Assembly: GCA_002269645.1 (NCBI GenBank)
Contig: NIVC01004437.1
Location: 1-45,937 of the forward strand
DNA length: 45,937 bases
Reading direction: 5' to 3'
DNA from: Macrostomum lignano
Taxonomy: Eukaryota
Shown here: one piece after another, positions 1-12,000 of the stretch
Layout of the letters: every line of letters starts with the position of its first letter
How positions within the stretch are numbered: the stretch's first letter is position 1
Program-made: the position numbers and the translations under genes
Notes under the pieces: generated by a model
Databases searched by the model: none
What the model saw: only the letters and a program-made list of their open reading frames with translations
What the model was told of the DNA's origin: nothing

Positions 1-42
1 TTTTACTCTCACTTCCATTCATCCCTATTTCTCCGCTTTCAG

Positions 43-3000
43 CTGACAAGGTATGCCGCCGCTAAGTTTGCTCACATTTAGTGTGCTTCTGTTATAAGTC
101 ACTGTACGATTTTCCTATCACGTTGCTTTACGGGGTGCTTCTTTCTTGCCTGATAGGGGTCTCGTCTGATTTGCGGTTTTTGTTTAATGAAAATTCATCA
201 ACCAGTCAATGCTTAAACACAAGCCAATTAAGAGTGGAGGCTAGGGAAGGGAGTGTAGAGGTGTGAGGTTGGTGTGGAACTGAGGCATGAACTTCTAACC
301 GTTATTGGGCAGTCAATGTACAAACACGAGCAATTAAGAGCTGGAGGGAATGGGGAAGGGAGTGTAGAGGCGTGAGGTTGGTGTGGAACTGAGGCATTAA
401 CTTCTAACCGTTATCAGGCATTTGATGTACACACAAGCCTTATTTGATTGTAGGGGTTTGAGGCTAGGGGTAAGGGAGTAGATAAGCTAGTTAATCGTTA
501 TTGGGAAGCCAATGTACACACGAAACCCATGTACACTTTTAGTGGCCATCATGTCGTGTGGCTAATTTGGTACATTTACAATCAACAGACTAGTTAAAGA
601 ACTTCAGTAATTTTATCGAAATTTAACTTACGAAAAATCTTCAAGGTTCTGGTTACTTGTTCCTCTATCCTTCGTGTGAATTCTTATCGCTAAAAGGTTT
701 CTATAATGCAACCCAATGGCACAGCCCCCAAAAGCTAAATTATTGATTTAGCAAATCACTTCCCAATGTCCCCTGTTAAATGCCTGCTCAATTTTATGAG
801 CAATGTTTGTTTTCAGAGAATTGCGAAAGTCTGTCACCATTGTTCTGCCTGACATATCAGATGATCAGGTGATCCCGTTGAATATTGCGACGAAAGTGTA
901 TTCTTGTTTTACTCAAAGTCTAACAGTTGTTTATGTAAATATCTCGCTTTGATTTAGAGCCTTCCGCTTGAAGTTTTAGCAATGTTTAAGTTTTGATGTT
1001 CAACATCGAACAGATCTTGTCTGCGTTTTGCTTTGCTGTCTGTCAGTCTTGATGCTGTCCACCTGTGCTTCTCGAATAGTTCGTGAAACTGTCAGCACAT
1101 ACTGCTACAGGTTAATTGAGAGGCTGAGTAGCCATGCACAGAATTATTGCTAAATGTTGCTTTGTATTATTTTTATAAAAAATTATCAATACAGATAGCT
1201 ATTACATAAATAAAAAAATTAATTCAATTTTTACTTTTTTTAGCAAGCTGAAAATGTTCCGAGCAACAATGCTGCCGATGCTGGAAATTTCTTTCTCACC
1301 CAGGAAACAGTCGGTAAGTTTCTTTGTATGGTCTTTTCTTTTGCAGACATGCGCTTACTTGGCTCAATAACGTAGAATTACGAGCGTACATGTACTTGCT
1401 ATAAAAATAGTGTTGTACGACACTGCAAAATTAGACTGCCGAACATAAGTCTAACCTAAATCATATTCTAAACCTAACCCTATTATGATAACTCTAAAGA
1501 ATAGTCCAAATCTAATCCATAACCCTAGTCTGAACCAAAACCGAAACCTAAACCACCACCCAAACCTAAACCATGACACTAACCCTAAACCAAAACCCTA
1601 ACCTTAACAATGACCCTAACCTAAACCATAATCCTAAACTAAACCAAAACACTGATCTAAACGATAACCTTAACCTAAAATCGTCGGCAGGCATATACTT
1701 TAGGTAATTTAGATAAAATAAGATGTCTTTGATCTTAGATGTGAGCGTCTACCGCGGCATTTTCTCTCATACTATATCTCCAGCAGCAGGTTCATCTGCC
1801 AATCAGGACGCACCAGACGTCTCGCATGTTCAAGTCCAGGAATCCGAACCTGAACCTGCTGAAGGTCAGGATGAACAGCAAATTGCAGAACCTGTCGCCA
1901 TGGAAACTCAGCCAGATACGGAGGATTTATCAGGCTTGCCGGAAGAGCAACCATCCGACGAGACGCCTCAGGCCGATGAAGCAGCTTCCTCGCCGAAGCC
2001 TGAGGCGACAGAAACTGACGAAAAACTTCCCAACAATGATGAAGAATTCGCCGAGGCCCCTGCTGAAAGCGCTAAAGAAGTCGATGCCAGTGATGCCACC
2101 GTGAACGAAGAAATTTCACCACCGACTCCGGAAGCCTCTGAAGCCTCGGAACCGGCTGGTCTGGACGTCGTTGACGCGCCACCACCGCAGGCAACGTCGC
2201 TGGAAGAAGAGACGCCAGCGACAGGCACGGAGAGCAAATCCCCGACCCGGCGCCGTCTCCGCCTGTCGAGGACGCTATTGAAGAAGCTAATGAGACGCTC
2301 GTGGTTAAAGCCGTCTCTCCAGAAGTGGTTGAATCAAATGGCACTTTGAGTGATGCTCCTCTGAGTGTCTCTGTCCCAGCACAGAATCGAACCACACGTG
2401 AAGACGCCGAGAAGCTGCAATCCCTTGTGACGCGACCGTTGGAATTAAGGTTTCATCAGCAGGACAGGACGAGACGGATATCGTCTGGAAACAAAAGGTG
2501 AAGATTTTTTCCCGGCATAGGGTTTCAAGACTGACTGTTAGAGAGGCAGGGTGTAAGCATTGTTGGCTGATTGGCTCAGTGGAGGTTTTGCTCTCTAAAA
2601 TTTAATTTGAAAATGTTGGCTTTCCAAACCTCCACTGATGTTTGGAGGTTGGAGGGGTTAGGCCCGAAAGGCAGGGCGTGGGGTGGTTGGTTTACGTGGG
2701 GATTAGAAAGAAGGGGCGTGGGTTGGTTGGCTCAGTGTGGGTTAGGCCAGAGAGGAAGGGCGTGGGGTGGTTGGCTCAGTAGAGGTTAGGCCGGAGAGGA
2801 AGGGCGTGGGGTGGTTGGTTTCGTTGGGATTAGGCCGGAGAGAAGGGGCGTGGGGTGGTTGGTTCAGTAGAGGTTAGGCCGGAAAGGCAAGGCGTGGGGT
2901 GGTTGGCTCAGTGGGGTTTTGCTGGAAAGGCAGGGTGTGAGGTTTTTGTCGATGGATTCAAAGGATTAAAGACCCATTATATTGTAGGGTTGCGTTTGGT

Positions 3001-6000
3001 TTGGGCCGTCGGGGTGGGGGCTGCTCTATTAGTATATGTACTTGCATCTCGCTTTCTTCTCTGTACATGCCCACCACCCCAGTTGGGTGAGTCACTTTAA
3101 TCGATCTATCATCGCTGACTATTTAATCGCTCGTAAATTATCGTGCATCAAAATATACTTCGTAAACTTACTCTAAATTCTCGGCTCTTACATTGGTGGC
3201 AGCGAGAACCCAGTGCAAGTGCACTCATGGCCCAGAACACCCTTCTACCGCCAAAGTTCAGTGGAACAGACGGCACTGACGTGAGAAAGTGGCTGCGCAT
3301 CTTTGAGGAATTCGCCAACGATGCGAAATGGGACGACGCGACCTCAGCGTCGAAGGTGAAGCTGCTGCTCACGGGAGAAGCCCAACTTGTCGTCTGGGAC
3401 CTGGCCGAGACAAGACAAAAGAGTTTTAAAAGTATAAAGGAGGACCTCACAAAGTTTTATGGAGGCGAAGCCGACAGCTTTAAGGCCATGAGCGACTTCT
3501 ACGCGGAAAAACGTGGAGATGCCGAGACACTGCGTGAGCTCTGCTTTAACCTGAAGCTGCTACACCAGAAAGCCAGACCGGAGGACTCAATTGCTCAGCG
3601 AGACCGAGATGTGCGCTTCAAGCTTCTGCAGCTGCTCAAGGCCGACATTCGTGACAACCTGCTTAAGGCAGATGACGCAGAGACCTGCAGCCTGGAGACT
3701 CTGCTGCAGCGGGCGGCTCGGCTGGAGGAGCTGGCTGGGCGACAGTCGGTGGCGGCAGTCGCAGCCGTCAGCGCTACATCATCGGCAAAACCAAGCGAGG
3801 ACCGCCTGGACCGACTGGAGAAACGCATGGAGGAGCTCATCGCGAGGGTCAGCGTACAGTCGGGTACTGACACTCGGCGTCGCCGTCAACAGCGAGGAGG
3901 CGGCTGCTTCAACTGCGGCCAGCTCGGACACCGTGCAGCGCAATGTCAGCAGCGAGAGAAACAGCCGGGTCCGATCATCTGCCACAAGTGCTCTGGGCGG
4001 GGGCACAAGGCCTCTGTCTGCCCATCGAAGGCTCCGGGAAACTTTTAAGGGTTGGTGCAACGGGTGCGGGACCCACACCAACCCCAAGGAGCAATCCCGT
4101 GCTTCATGCTATTTTTATACCTGGAGAGGCAAACGGCAAGCCGTGCCGCTGGCTGCTGGACACCGGAGCGCAGACCTCGCTGATCAGCGACGTTGCTTTG
4201 AGAGAGCTAGACGGTCGCTGCGAGCTGAAGCCGGCAGATGTCAGGCCTGTGTCCATGGACGGCTCCGTTCTCGAGCTGTTAGGAAGCGTGAGCATTACGG
4301 TGCGACTCAGTCATCAGCTGCGCAGACAAATGGACGTGCTGGTGGTCAGAGGGATTCGCCCAAACTTCATCCTGGGGATGGATTTCGTGAGCAAGGCGGC
4401 CAGATCGCAGTTCAGCATCGACCAGGGTGCCAAGACAGTCGCATTCGATGGTGAGGCGGTTCCGTTCAGTAACTGCGATTCCAAGCAAGATGGCCCGCTG
4501 TCTTGTTGCTTGGTACCCACAGTGATCATCGCCAGAGTTCAGGGCGCCGTCGTGGTACCGCCAAGGTCAGTTAAAGTGGTGGACGTGACGACCGAGACCA
4601 AGCAGGCACATGGCATCTTCGAGCCGTCACAGGAGTTCATCGATAGAATCGGAGTGCTGCCCGGCCGCGTGTTCACGGTGTCTTCAGAAAGCGGCAAGAT
4701 TCCGGTTCAGGTGTGCAACCTCAGCTGCAGCCCGGTCACGCTGTTCTCCAACCAGAGCATCGGCACCTTCGAGAGCGCGGAGGTTATCGACGAGGACGAG
4801 GACGTGCACGAGTGGCGAGGCCCCGCAGACCAGTTCAACATCAATCCGGAGCTGCCGGAGGAGGACAGCAACCGTTTAGCAATGCTGCTGAGGGCATTTG
4901 CCGACGTGGTCTCAGTCCATGAGTTCGACGTTGGTACGAGCAGCGCAGCGCAGCACAAGATTGAGCTGGACGACGGCGCTCGCCCGATTCGCCAACGGCC
5001 TCGGCGGGTGCCTCACGCCTTCAGGAGGCAAGTAGACGAGAAGCTGGAGCAGATGCGACAACACGGCGTCATCGAGCCCTCCACCAGCCCGTGGGCGAGC
5101 AACCTGATAATCGTCAGAAAGAAGAATAATGACATCCGAGTCTGTGTAGACTGGCGGGCGCTGAACAACCTCACAGTGAAGGACGCCCACCCGCTGCCGC
5201 ATTTGCACCAAGCGCTCGACTCCTTGGCTGGCTGCTCATGGTTCTCTACGATCGACATGCGCCAAGGCTTCCTTCAGGTGGAGGTCAGAGAGGAGGATCG
5301 GCCGTTGACAGCGTTCTACACTCCGAGCGGCCTGATGCAATTCCGCAAAATGGGATTCGGCATGTGCAACGCGCCTGCGACGTACCAGCGAATGATGGAG
5401 CTCATCATGACCGGCCTGAGCTGGGAGGAGGTCATCGCGTACATTGATGACCTGATCATCTTCAACAGGGACTTTGAGAACCACGTTCAGTCACTGTCCA
5501 AGGTGCTGCATCGACTGCGGTCTGCCAAGCTGAAGCTGAACCCAGGCAAGAGCTTCTTTGCCTACCGGAGCGTCACGTACCTAGGTCACCAAGTCTCTGA
5601 GAGCGGCATCGCACCTGCCGCGGAGAAGGTCGAGGCGATCAGGCGGATGCCGGAGCCGCAGTCTGAGGAGGATGTTCGACGCATCATCGGCATGCTCAGC
5701 TTCTACCGCAGGTTCGTGCCCAACTTCTCTGACATTGCCAAACCGCTGCATCACCTGGCTCAAAAAGGCGCGGGCGGCGGCTTCGTGTGGACGTCAGAGC
5801 ATGCTGCGGTGCTGAACAAGTTGAAGGACGCGCTGACCCAGGCCCCGGTGCTCCAGCTGCCCGACTTCAGCCGGCCTATCGTCATCAGCTGTGACAGCAG
5901 TGCTGTGGCCTTGGGTGCGGTGCTCAGCCAGGAGCGCGACGGCCAGGAGCTGCCAGTGGCCTACGCTTCCCGGACGCTGAGCAAGGCAGAGCGCAACTAC

Positions 6001-9000
6001 AGCACCACGGACCGGGAGCTGCTCGCGATTGTTTGGAGCCTCAAGCAGTTCCGCATGTACCTGAGCAACAGCTGCAAGATCCAGGTGTTCACCGACCACA
6101 AGCCGATCACTGGGCTGCTCAACGCGAAGGAGCCAACCGGTCGGCTGGCACGTTGGCTACAGCTCATTCAGGAGTTCCCCCTGGAAATCCTGTACCGGCC
6201 CGGCAAGGAGAACATCGTGCCAGACACCCTCAGCCGAGCAGCGGCGGTGCAGTTCCAGATCGCTAATCTGCCTGACGAGCAGGACCAGGACCAGGTTCTG
6301 CACGCGGTTCGGCACGCGATGCTCCAGCCCAACTTTCAAGTTCCGGCGGCGGTGAGTGCATCGGTCCTGAAGCTGCTGCCCTGTCTGACGCTGTCACCGG
6401 ACGGCGCACTGCTCCACAACGGGTTGCCGGTGATCTCCCAGCACATGAGAGCGGAGCTGCTGCAACAGGCGCACGACCGGCCGAGCGCGGGTCACCTCGG
6501 TCAGCGGCGGGTGCTGCGGGCTCTGCGCGAGCGTTCCTGGTGGCCGGACATGCGCGAGGACGTGCGGGACTGGGTGCGGAGCTGCCTGGTCTGCCAACGA
6601 CGCAAGGGAGCGCCAAAGCGAGCGCGCGCTGAGCTGGTGCGGCAGCCGCTACCGGCCAAGCCGTGGGCTGTCATGCAACTCGACATCAAGGGCCCACTGC
6701 CAGTCACCGAGTCTGGCAAGCGCTACATCATCTGCTTTGTCGACACATTTTCAAAGTGGGTGGAGGCGGCGGCCCTCAGCCAGATCGACGCCAAGACGGT
6801 AGCCGAGGCTCTGGTGACCTGTGTGGTGCTGCGGCACGGAGTTCCGGGGGTCGTGCTCTCGGACCAAGGTCGCCAGTTTGAGGCCGAAGTTTTCAAGCAG
6901 ACCTGCGCGCTGCTCGGAGCAGAAAAATCGAGGACCTCACCGTTTCACCCCAGCGGCAACGGGAACGTCGAGAGGTTCAATAGGACGCTGGGCAACATGC
7001 TCTCCGCATTCTGCTCAGAGAATCAGGCCAGCTGGGACGCCCTGCTGCCCTATGTCGTGTGGGCCTACAACAGCTCTGAGCACAGCTCCACGGGCGAGTC
7101 GCCGTTCAAAGTGCTACGCGGCATCGAGCCCAGACTGCCGGTCGACTTGGCACTCGGTGGGCAGCGCGACCAGCCGCGACTGCGCGGACCTGCAGGCGAG
7201 AATCAGGCGCGGCTTTCAGGTAGTGCATGCGCACCTGCACACGGCCCAGAAATCGCAGCACGAGTTCTACAACCTAGGGGCAGAGACTACCGACTTCAAG
7301 ACCGGTGACCGAGTGATGCTGACGCACCATGCGATGAAGCGCGGCCAGTGCAAGTCGCTGTCGAGCCGGTGGTCCGGCCCGTTCATCGTCCTTAAGAAGG
7401 TCAGCCCTGTGAACTACCGGCTGCAGGCTGTGAACGGCAGGCGCCGCTTGCTGGTCCACCACGACCGCTTGAAGCGCTTTATCGACCGACCGAATCTGAG
7501 CGGCAGGCCGCCAGCCAAGCCGGCCACCGAGGACGACTGTCAGAGCGTCGAGGACGCCGCGGGCCAGCTGGCCGGCCCGGACGCCTGGGAGCCGCTGCGC
7601 AACCTGGACGCGGCTGAACCCGGCAACACGGTGCGCCGGTCGGGCAGGCAGCGCCGGCGGCCGGATTTTTACACGGCGACCTGTTGACGTGCTTTTTTTC
7701 TGATCGGGACTTTTTTCGCGTTGCATGAACTTTTTTTGTTTGCTTTTGTTTTATCCCGTTTTTTTATCCCATGTATTTTTCTTGGGGAGAGTGATGTAGG
7801 GTTGCGTTTGGTTTGGGCCGTCGGGGTGGGGGCTGCTCTATTAGTATATGTACTTGCATCTCGCTTTCTTCTCTGTACATGCCCACCACCCCAGTTGGGT
7901 GAGTCACTTTAATCGATCTATCATCGCTGACTATTTAATCGCTCGTAAATTATCGTGCATCAAAATATACTTCGTAAACTTACTCTAAATTCTCGGCTCT
8001 TACAATATTTATTTTACTTTAATGCCCATTGTTAGTCGCATCGACCAAATCCTGGGTGGAAAATCATCTGCCTCCGGAGGCGGCGGTGGCGTTGGTGTAA
8101 GCGGCGGAGGAGGCGGTGCGACACGAACAGCAGGGGTGACAGCTGAATCAAGCGACGATGATGACACTGACGACGAGGACGAGGACGAGGAAGACGAAGA
8201 CGAAGAAGAGGAAATCTCAGAGGACGAGTTGATGGAGATGCTTGAAAAAGGACAAATTAAACTTGAGTGCGATAAGAGCGTATTTAGCGGTAAGACTGGC
8301 TGAATCGATCATTAAATATCCGATACTAGCGTTACCTGTAGTCAATTTTTGCTTTATGATTGTAGAAAAAATACTAACTAAACTAAAAACTATTTAATTG
8401 GAGTTAAATTGAAGGAGCAGTAAGTGGGCGCAGTGCCCAAACCGATATATTTATAGAACCTTTAACTTTGGGGGGTTGAGCCTAGAATAATAAAGAGAGG
8501 GGGTGGAGTGCGCGACTGAAGAGAGAGGCGAGAATGGAGAGCCAATCAGAAGGCAGCAAGGGAGAGAGAGATAAGAATAACAAGATTGAGCTGGACAGAG
8601 AAGAGAGAAAACAGAGTAAACAGAGACAAGTGAAGGTGAACTAAAGAAATGACTAGGAAAGTCGCGACACTCCCCCCAAAAAAATGGAACATTTTTTTAA
8701 TTTTCGAGTACCATTACCAATTGAAATTAATGAGTTAGAATTAGGTCGAATTAAATTGAAAAACACATTCACAATAAATGGTGTATAAAACGATTTGAAA
8801 AATACATAATGACTAAGAATTTGAATACAAAAACAGTAGAGCGAATGCAAAATATTTAGACCGAATTTTAAACTTAGATTTTTATTGAGTAGTTTTTGAA
8901 CCATAGCAATGAGAAGACTGAAAAGACTGAATATATCCGCCCTCCCCCCTAAAAATTAATTTAATTTTTTACATTGTGACTACATGGTGAAAGAAAAAAT

Positions 9001-12000
9001 TGAATGACGAATTAACGAGGCGATCTGGCAGGCGATGAGCGAAGAGACGATCCGGCAGGCGATGAGCGAAGAGACGATCCGGCAGGCGATGAGCAAAGAG
9101 ACGATCCGGCAGGCGAGCCCCGAGGCGCCCCGGCCGAGAATTTGAACCGAGAGAGACCGAGGACACCGCAGGACGCACCCCCGGCAGACGATGAGCGAAG
9201 AGACGATCCGGAAGGCGAGCGAAGAGACGATCCGGCAGGCGAGCCCCGCGGCGCCCCGGCAGAGAATTGGAAACCGAGAGAGACCGAGGACACCGCAGGA
9301 CGCACCCCCGGCAGACGACGAGCGAAGAGACGATCCGGAAGGCGAGCGAAGAGACGATCCGGCAGGCGAGCGAAGAGACGATCCGGCAGGCGAGCGAAGA
9401 GACGATCCGGCAGGCGAGCCCCGCGGCGCCCCGGCAGAGAATCTGAACCGAGAGAGACCGAGGACACCGCAGGACGCACCCCCGGCAGACGATGAGCGAA
9501 GAGACGATCCGGCAGGCGAGCCCTGAGGTGCCCCGGCCGAGAATTTGAGACCGAGAGAGACCGAGGACACCGCAGGACGCACCCCCGGCAGACGAAGCGA
9601 TGAGGCCGACAGACGAAGCGATGAGGCCGACAGACGAAGCGATGAGGCCGACAAACGAAGCGATGAGGCCGACAGACGAAGCGATGAGAAGACTGGTGGA
9701 GGGCTACGACTATGACGATGGCATGGCCTTTGCCAGCCTTACTGAATTGACTTAATTATTTTACATTGGGCGCCATGTAGAAAAAATACTAACTAAACTA
9801 AAAACTATTTAATTGGAGTTAAATTGAAGGAGCAGTAAGTGGGCGCAGGGCCCAAACCGATATATTTATAGAACATTTAACTTTGGGGGGTTGAGCCTAG
9901 AATAATAAAGAGAGGGGGTGGAGTGCGCGACTGAAGAGAGAGGCGAGAATGGAGAGCCAATCAGAAGGCAGCAAGGGAGAGAGAGATAAGAATAACAAGA
10001 TTGAGCTGGACAGAGAAGAGAGAAAACAGAGTAAACAGAGACAAGTGAAGGTGAACTAAAGAAATGACTAGGAAAGTCGCGACAATGATTTTGCTGAACG
10101 ACTTGGTACTTATTGGTTATTTTCAACAGGTGTAAAATATCGACAGAAGGACTTTGAACGTATGCCCGACAAGAGAACAGAATTCAGAGAGGTGACCAAG
10201 CACCTTGTTGTTAAACAGGAAATCACAGTAAGAGAGATTTGTTTTTAGTGATGATGGCTTCATTATTTATTAATCTGCTTTCATAAATGAAAAAACTTAA
10301 TTTGTTTTTTAATTGCTTTTTTTAATTGCAGGGAAAGGACACAAACGAGGTACGTTTTGTACTGTTCTACTATTTTGTATCACATGATGCAACAACGATT
10401 GATTGAAGTATGGAATGCTAGATCACTCCAGCTAGGTATCACCTCTACTAATTTGGTACTTTTCTCTCTCTAAGGATCTGTTCACGCCAGGACTTGAGAA
10501 GTTAATAACCTCTTGAAAATTAGTTTTGCTACTACTTCGTTGCACTCAGCGTCCCCGTTGGAAGCAACAAATAATGGAAGATTTTTTTGAATAAACTACA
10601 TATAGCTTCTGATCTGTCAGCCTTAAACACAGCAATTCCCCCGTGAGCCTTGACATCTCAGCAATCCCCCAATGAATCTTTTATGCTCGACATGGCGCTT
10701 CTTTCACGTTTGACATGACGCTTCCTTAGTTCGTTAAGCCAATCCAAATGCAAATATGAACATTAACCAAAACTGCATCCTCAGATTCTGCACATTGAGC
10801 CCAACATGACGCCTGAGCAGGCTGACGCATTCGTGAAGCTCTTCGATGAGCTTGACATCAACAAAGACGGTCGCATCGCCATGGAGGAGGTGCAGAAACG
10901 ACTCGACGTTTTCAAATCGAAAAGAAAAACTGACGTAAAAAAGTTCATTCGCGTGAGTGACCATGCGCGCACCTGCCGCAACCCAGCGGTGAAGCGATTC
11001 TGCCCATCCCGCTAACTCTTAAGCACACTCAAGCACACGGATACTGTACGCAAGTTTGCATTCATACGCATACTCACACAGAGTACAGAAATGTACACTC
11101 CCTGTGGCTTGGGTGTTGGCCCTCATGGATGTGAATCGAGCGGCAACTCACCAGCAAATTGCTCCTAGTGATCCACGAACTTCATTCAACTTATTAATTC
11201 TGCAAGCAAACATTTTTCAGGTATTCGACTTGAACGGCGATCGCACGGTTGATGTTCGCGAGTTTCTCGCCGTTGCAGCCCTCAATGACAGCCTGTGCAA
11301 GCAGAAGACCACAGATCCAAAGGCCGATTGGAACCTGAACTTGGATTTGTGCTCATATTACATCACCGTGTACAAGGTAGGCATCGCCTTGTGAGTTAGT
11401 TCACTTGCAAGTACGGACCTTTTCCGCTCGATCAAATATAGCACCTTTTTGGAGTTTCAACTACAATACCGACGTACCGAGTTAAGTAAAGATGGTCTGG
11501 GTTAGTAATTGAGAGAGAGACACAAAGTGACCCGAGCTCCTAGTGACACCCTATAGCTAGTGACGCTCTGCACAAACTGTACACAACCCTTGCCGGTCAT
11601 TTTGTGGTGGGAACGGCAAACACACTTTTTTTATCCATAAATGCAGGAAATGTTTGAAATGGCCGACCAAAGCAAGAACGGCAAGCTTGGACTCGAAGAG
11701 CTGATGGTCATTGTTGCGGTCAGCTTGGACACCGAGTCTGGCACCGATGTTCAACTAATCGAGGATATTCTCAACTCAATGGACAGGGATCACAGCGGTA
11801 AGCCATCTCTTTACGAATCGAATTTAAACAAAACAGATATATTTTACTCCCTCGAAGCATTACTCGAGGACTTACTACGAGTATTTTACTAACGTTTGAT
11901 TTTTTCTAACGGCGACTGCTTTAAACGGCGCTCAGAACTTTTTATTCGGCATTTCTCTGCTAATGAATGTTTTGCTTAAATATCGGGGCCATCTTAGACT

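Larger units (their letters stand above)
2983..8004 (+). mobile_element. Ty3/gypsy LTR retrotransposon, full length (5022 bp), very recent insertion into an intron of the EF-hand gene
   Basis: Two 210-bp TG...CA LTRs (2983-3192, 7795-8004), identical by eye. TSD ATAT (2979-2982 / 8005-8008). PBS after the 5' LTR, PPT before the 3' LTR. Domain order gag then PR-RT-RH-IN. Confidence 0.97.

Noticed and set aside
1450-1680. Telomere or telomere-addition site
   Set aside because: Highly degenerate, short and intronic; flanking exons continue in phase on both sides.
3148-7726. Numerous antisense and alternative-frame ORFs within gag-pol
   Set aside because: Expected shadows of GC-rich, codon-biased coding sequence; no motifs. 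Only the 3' part of 6821-7687 is real (integrase tail).
8980-9654. 224-aa ORF on the sense strand of the non-autonomous LTR element as a gag remnant
   Set aside because: No ATG upstream before an in-frame stop, no capsid or zinc-knuckle motif, sequence is only the translated repeat.
9020-9690. CRISPR-like appearance of repeated GC-rich units
   Set aside because: The intervening sequences are themselves repeats, not unique spacers; no cas genes; eukaryotic context inside an LTR element.
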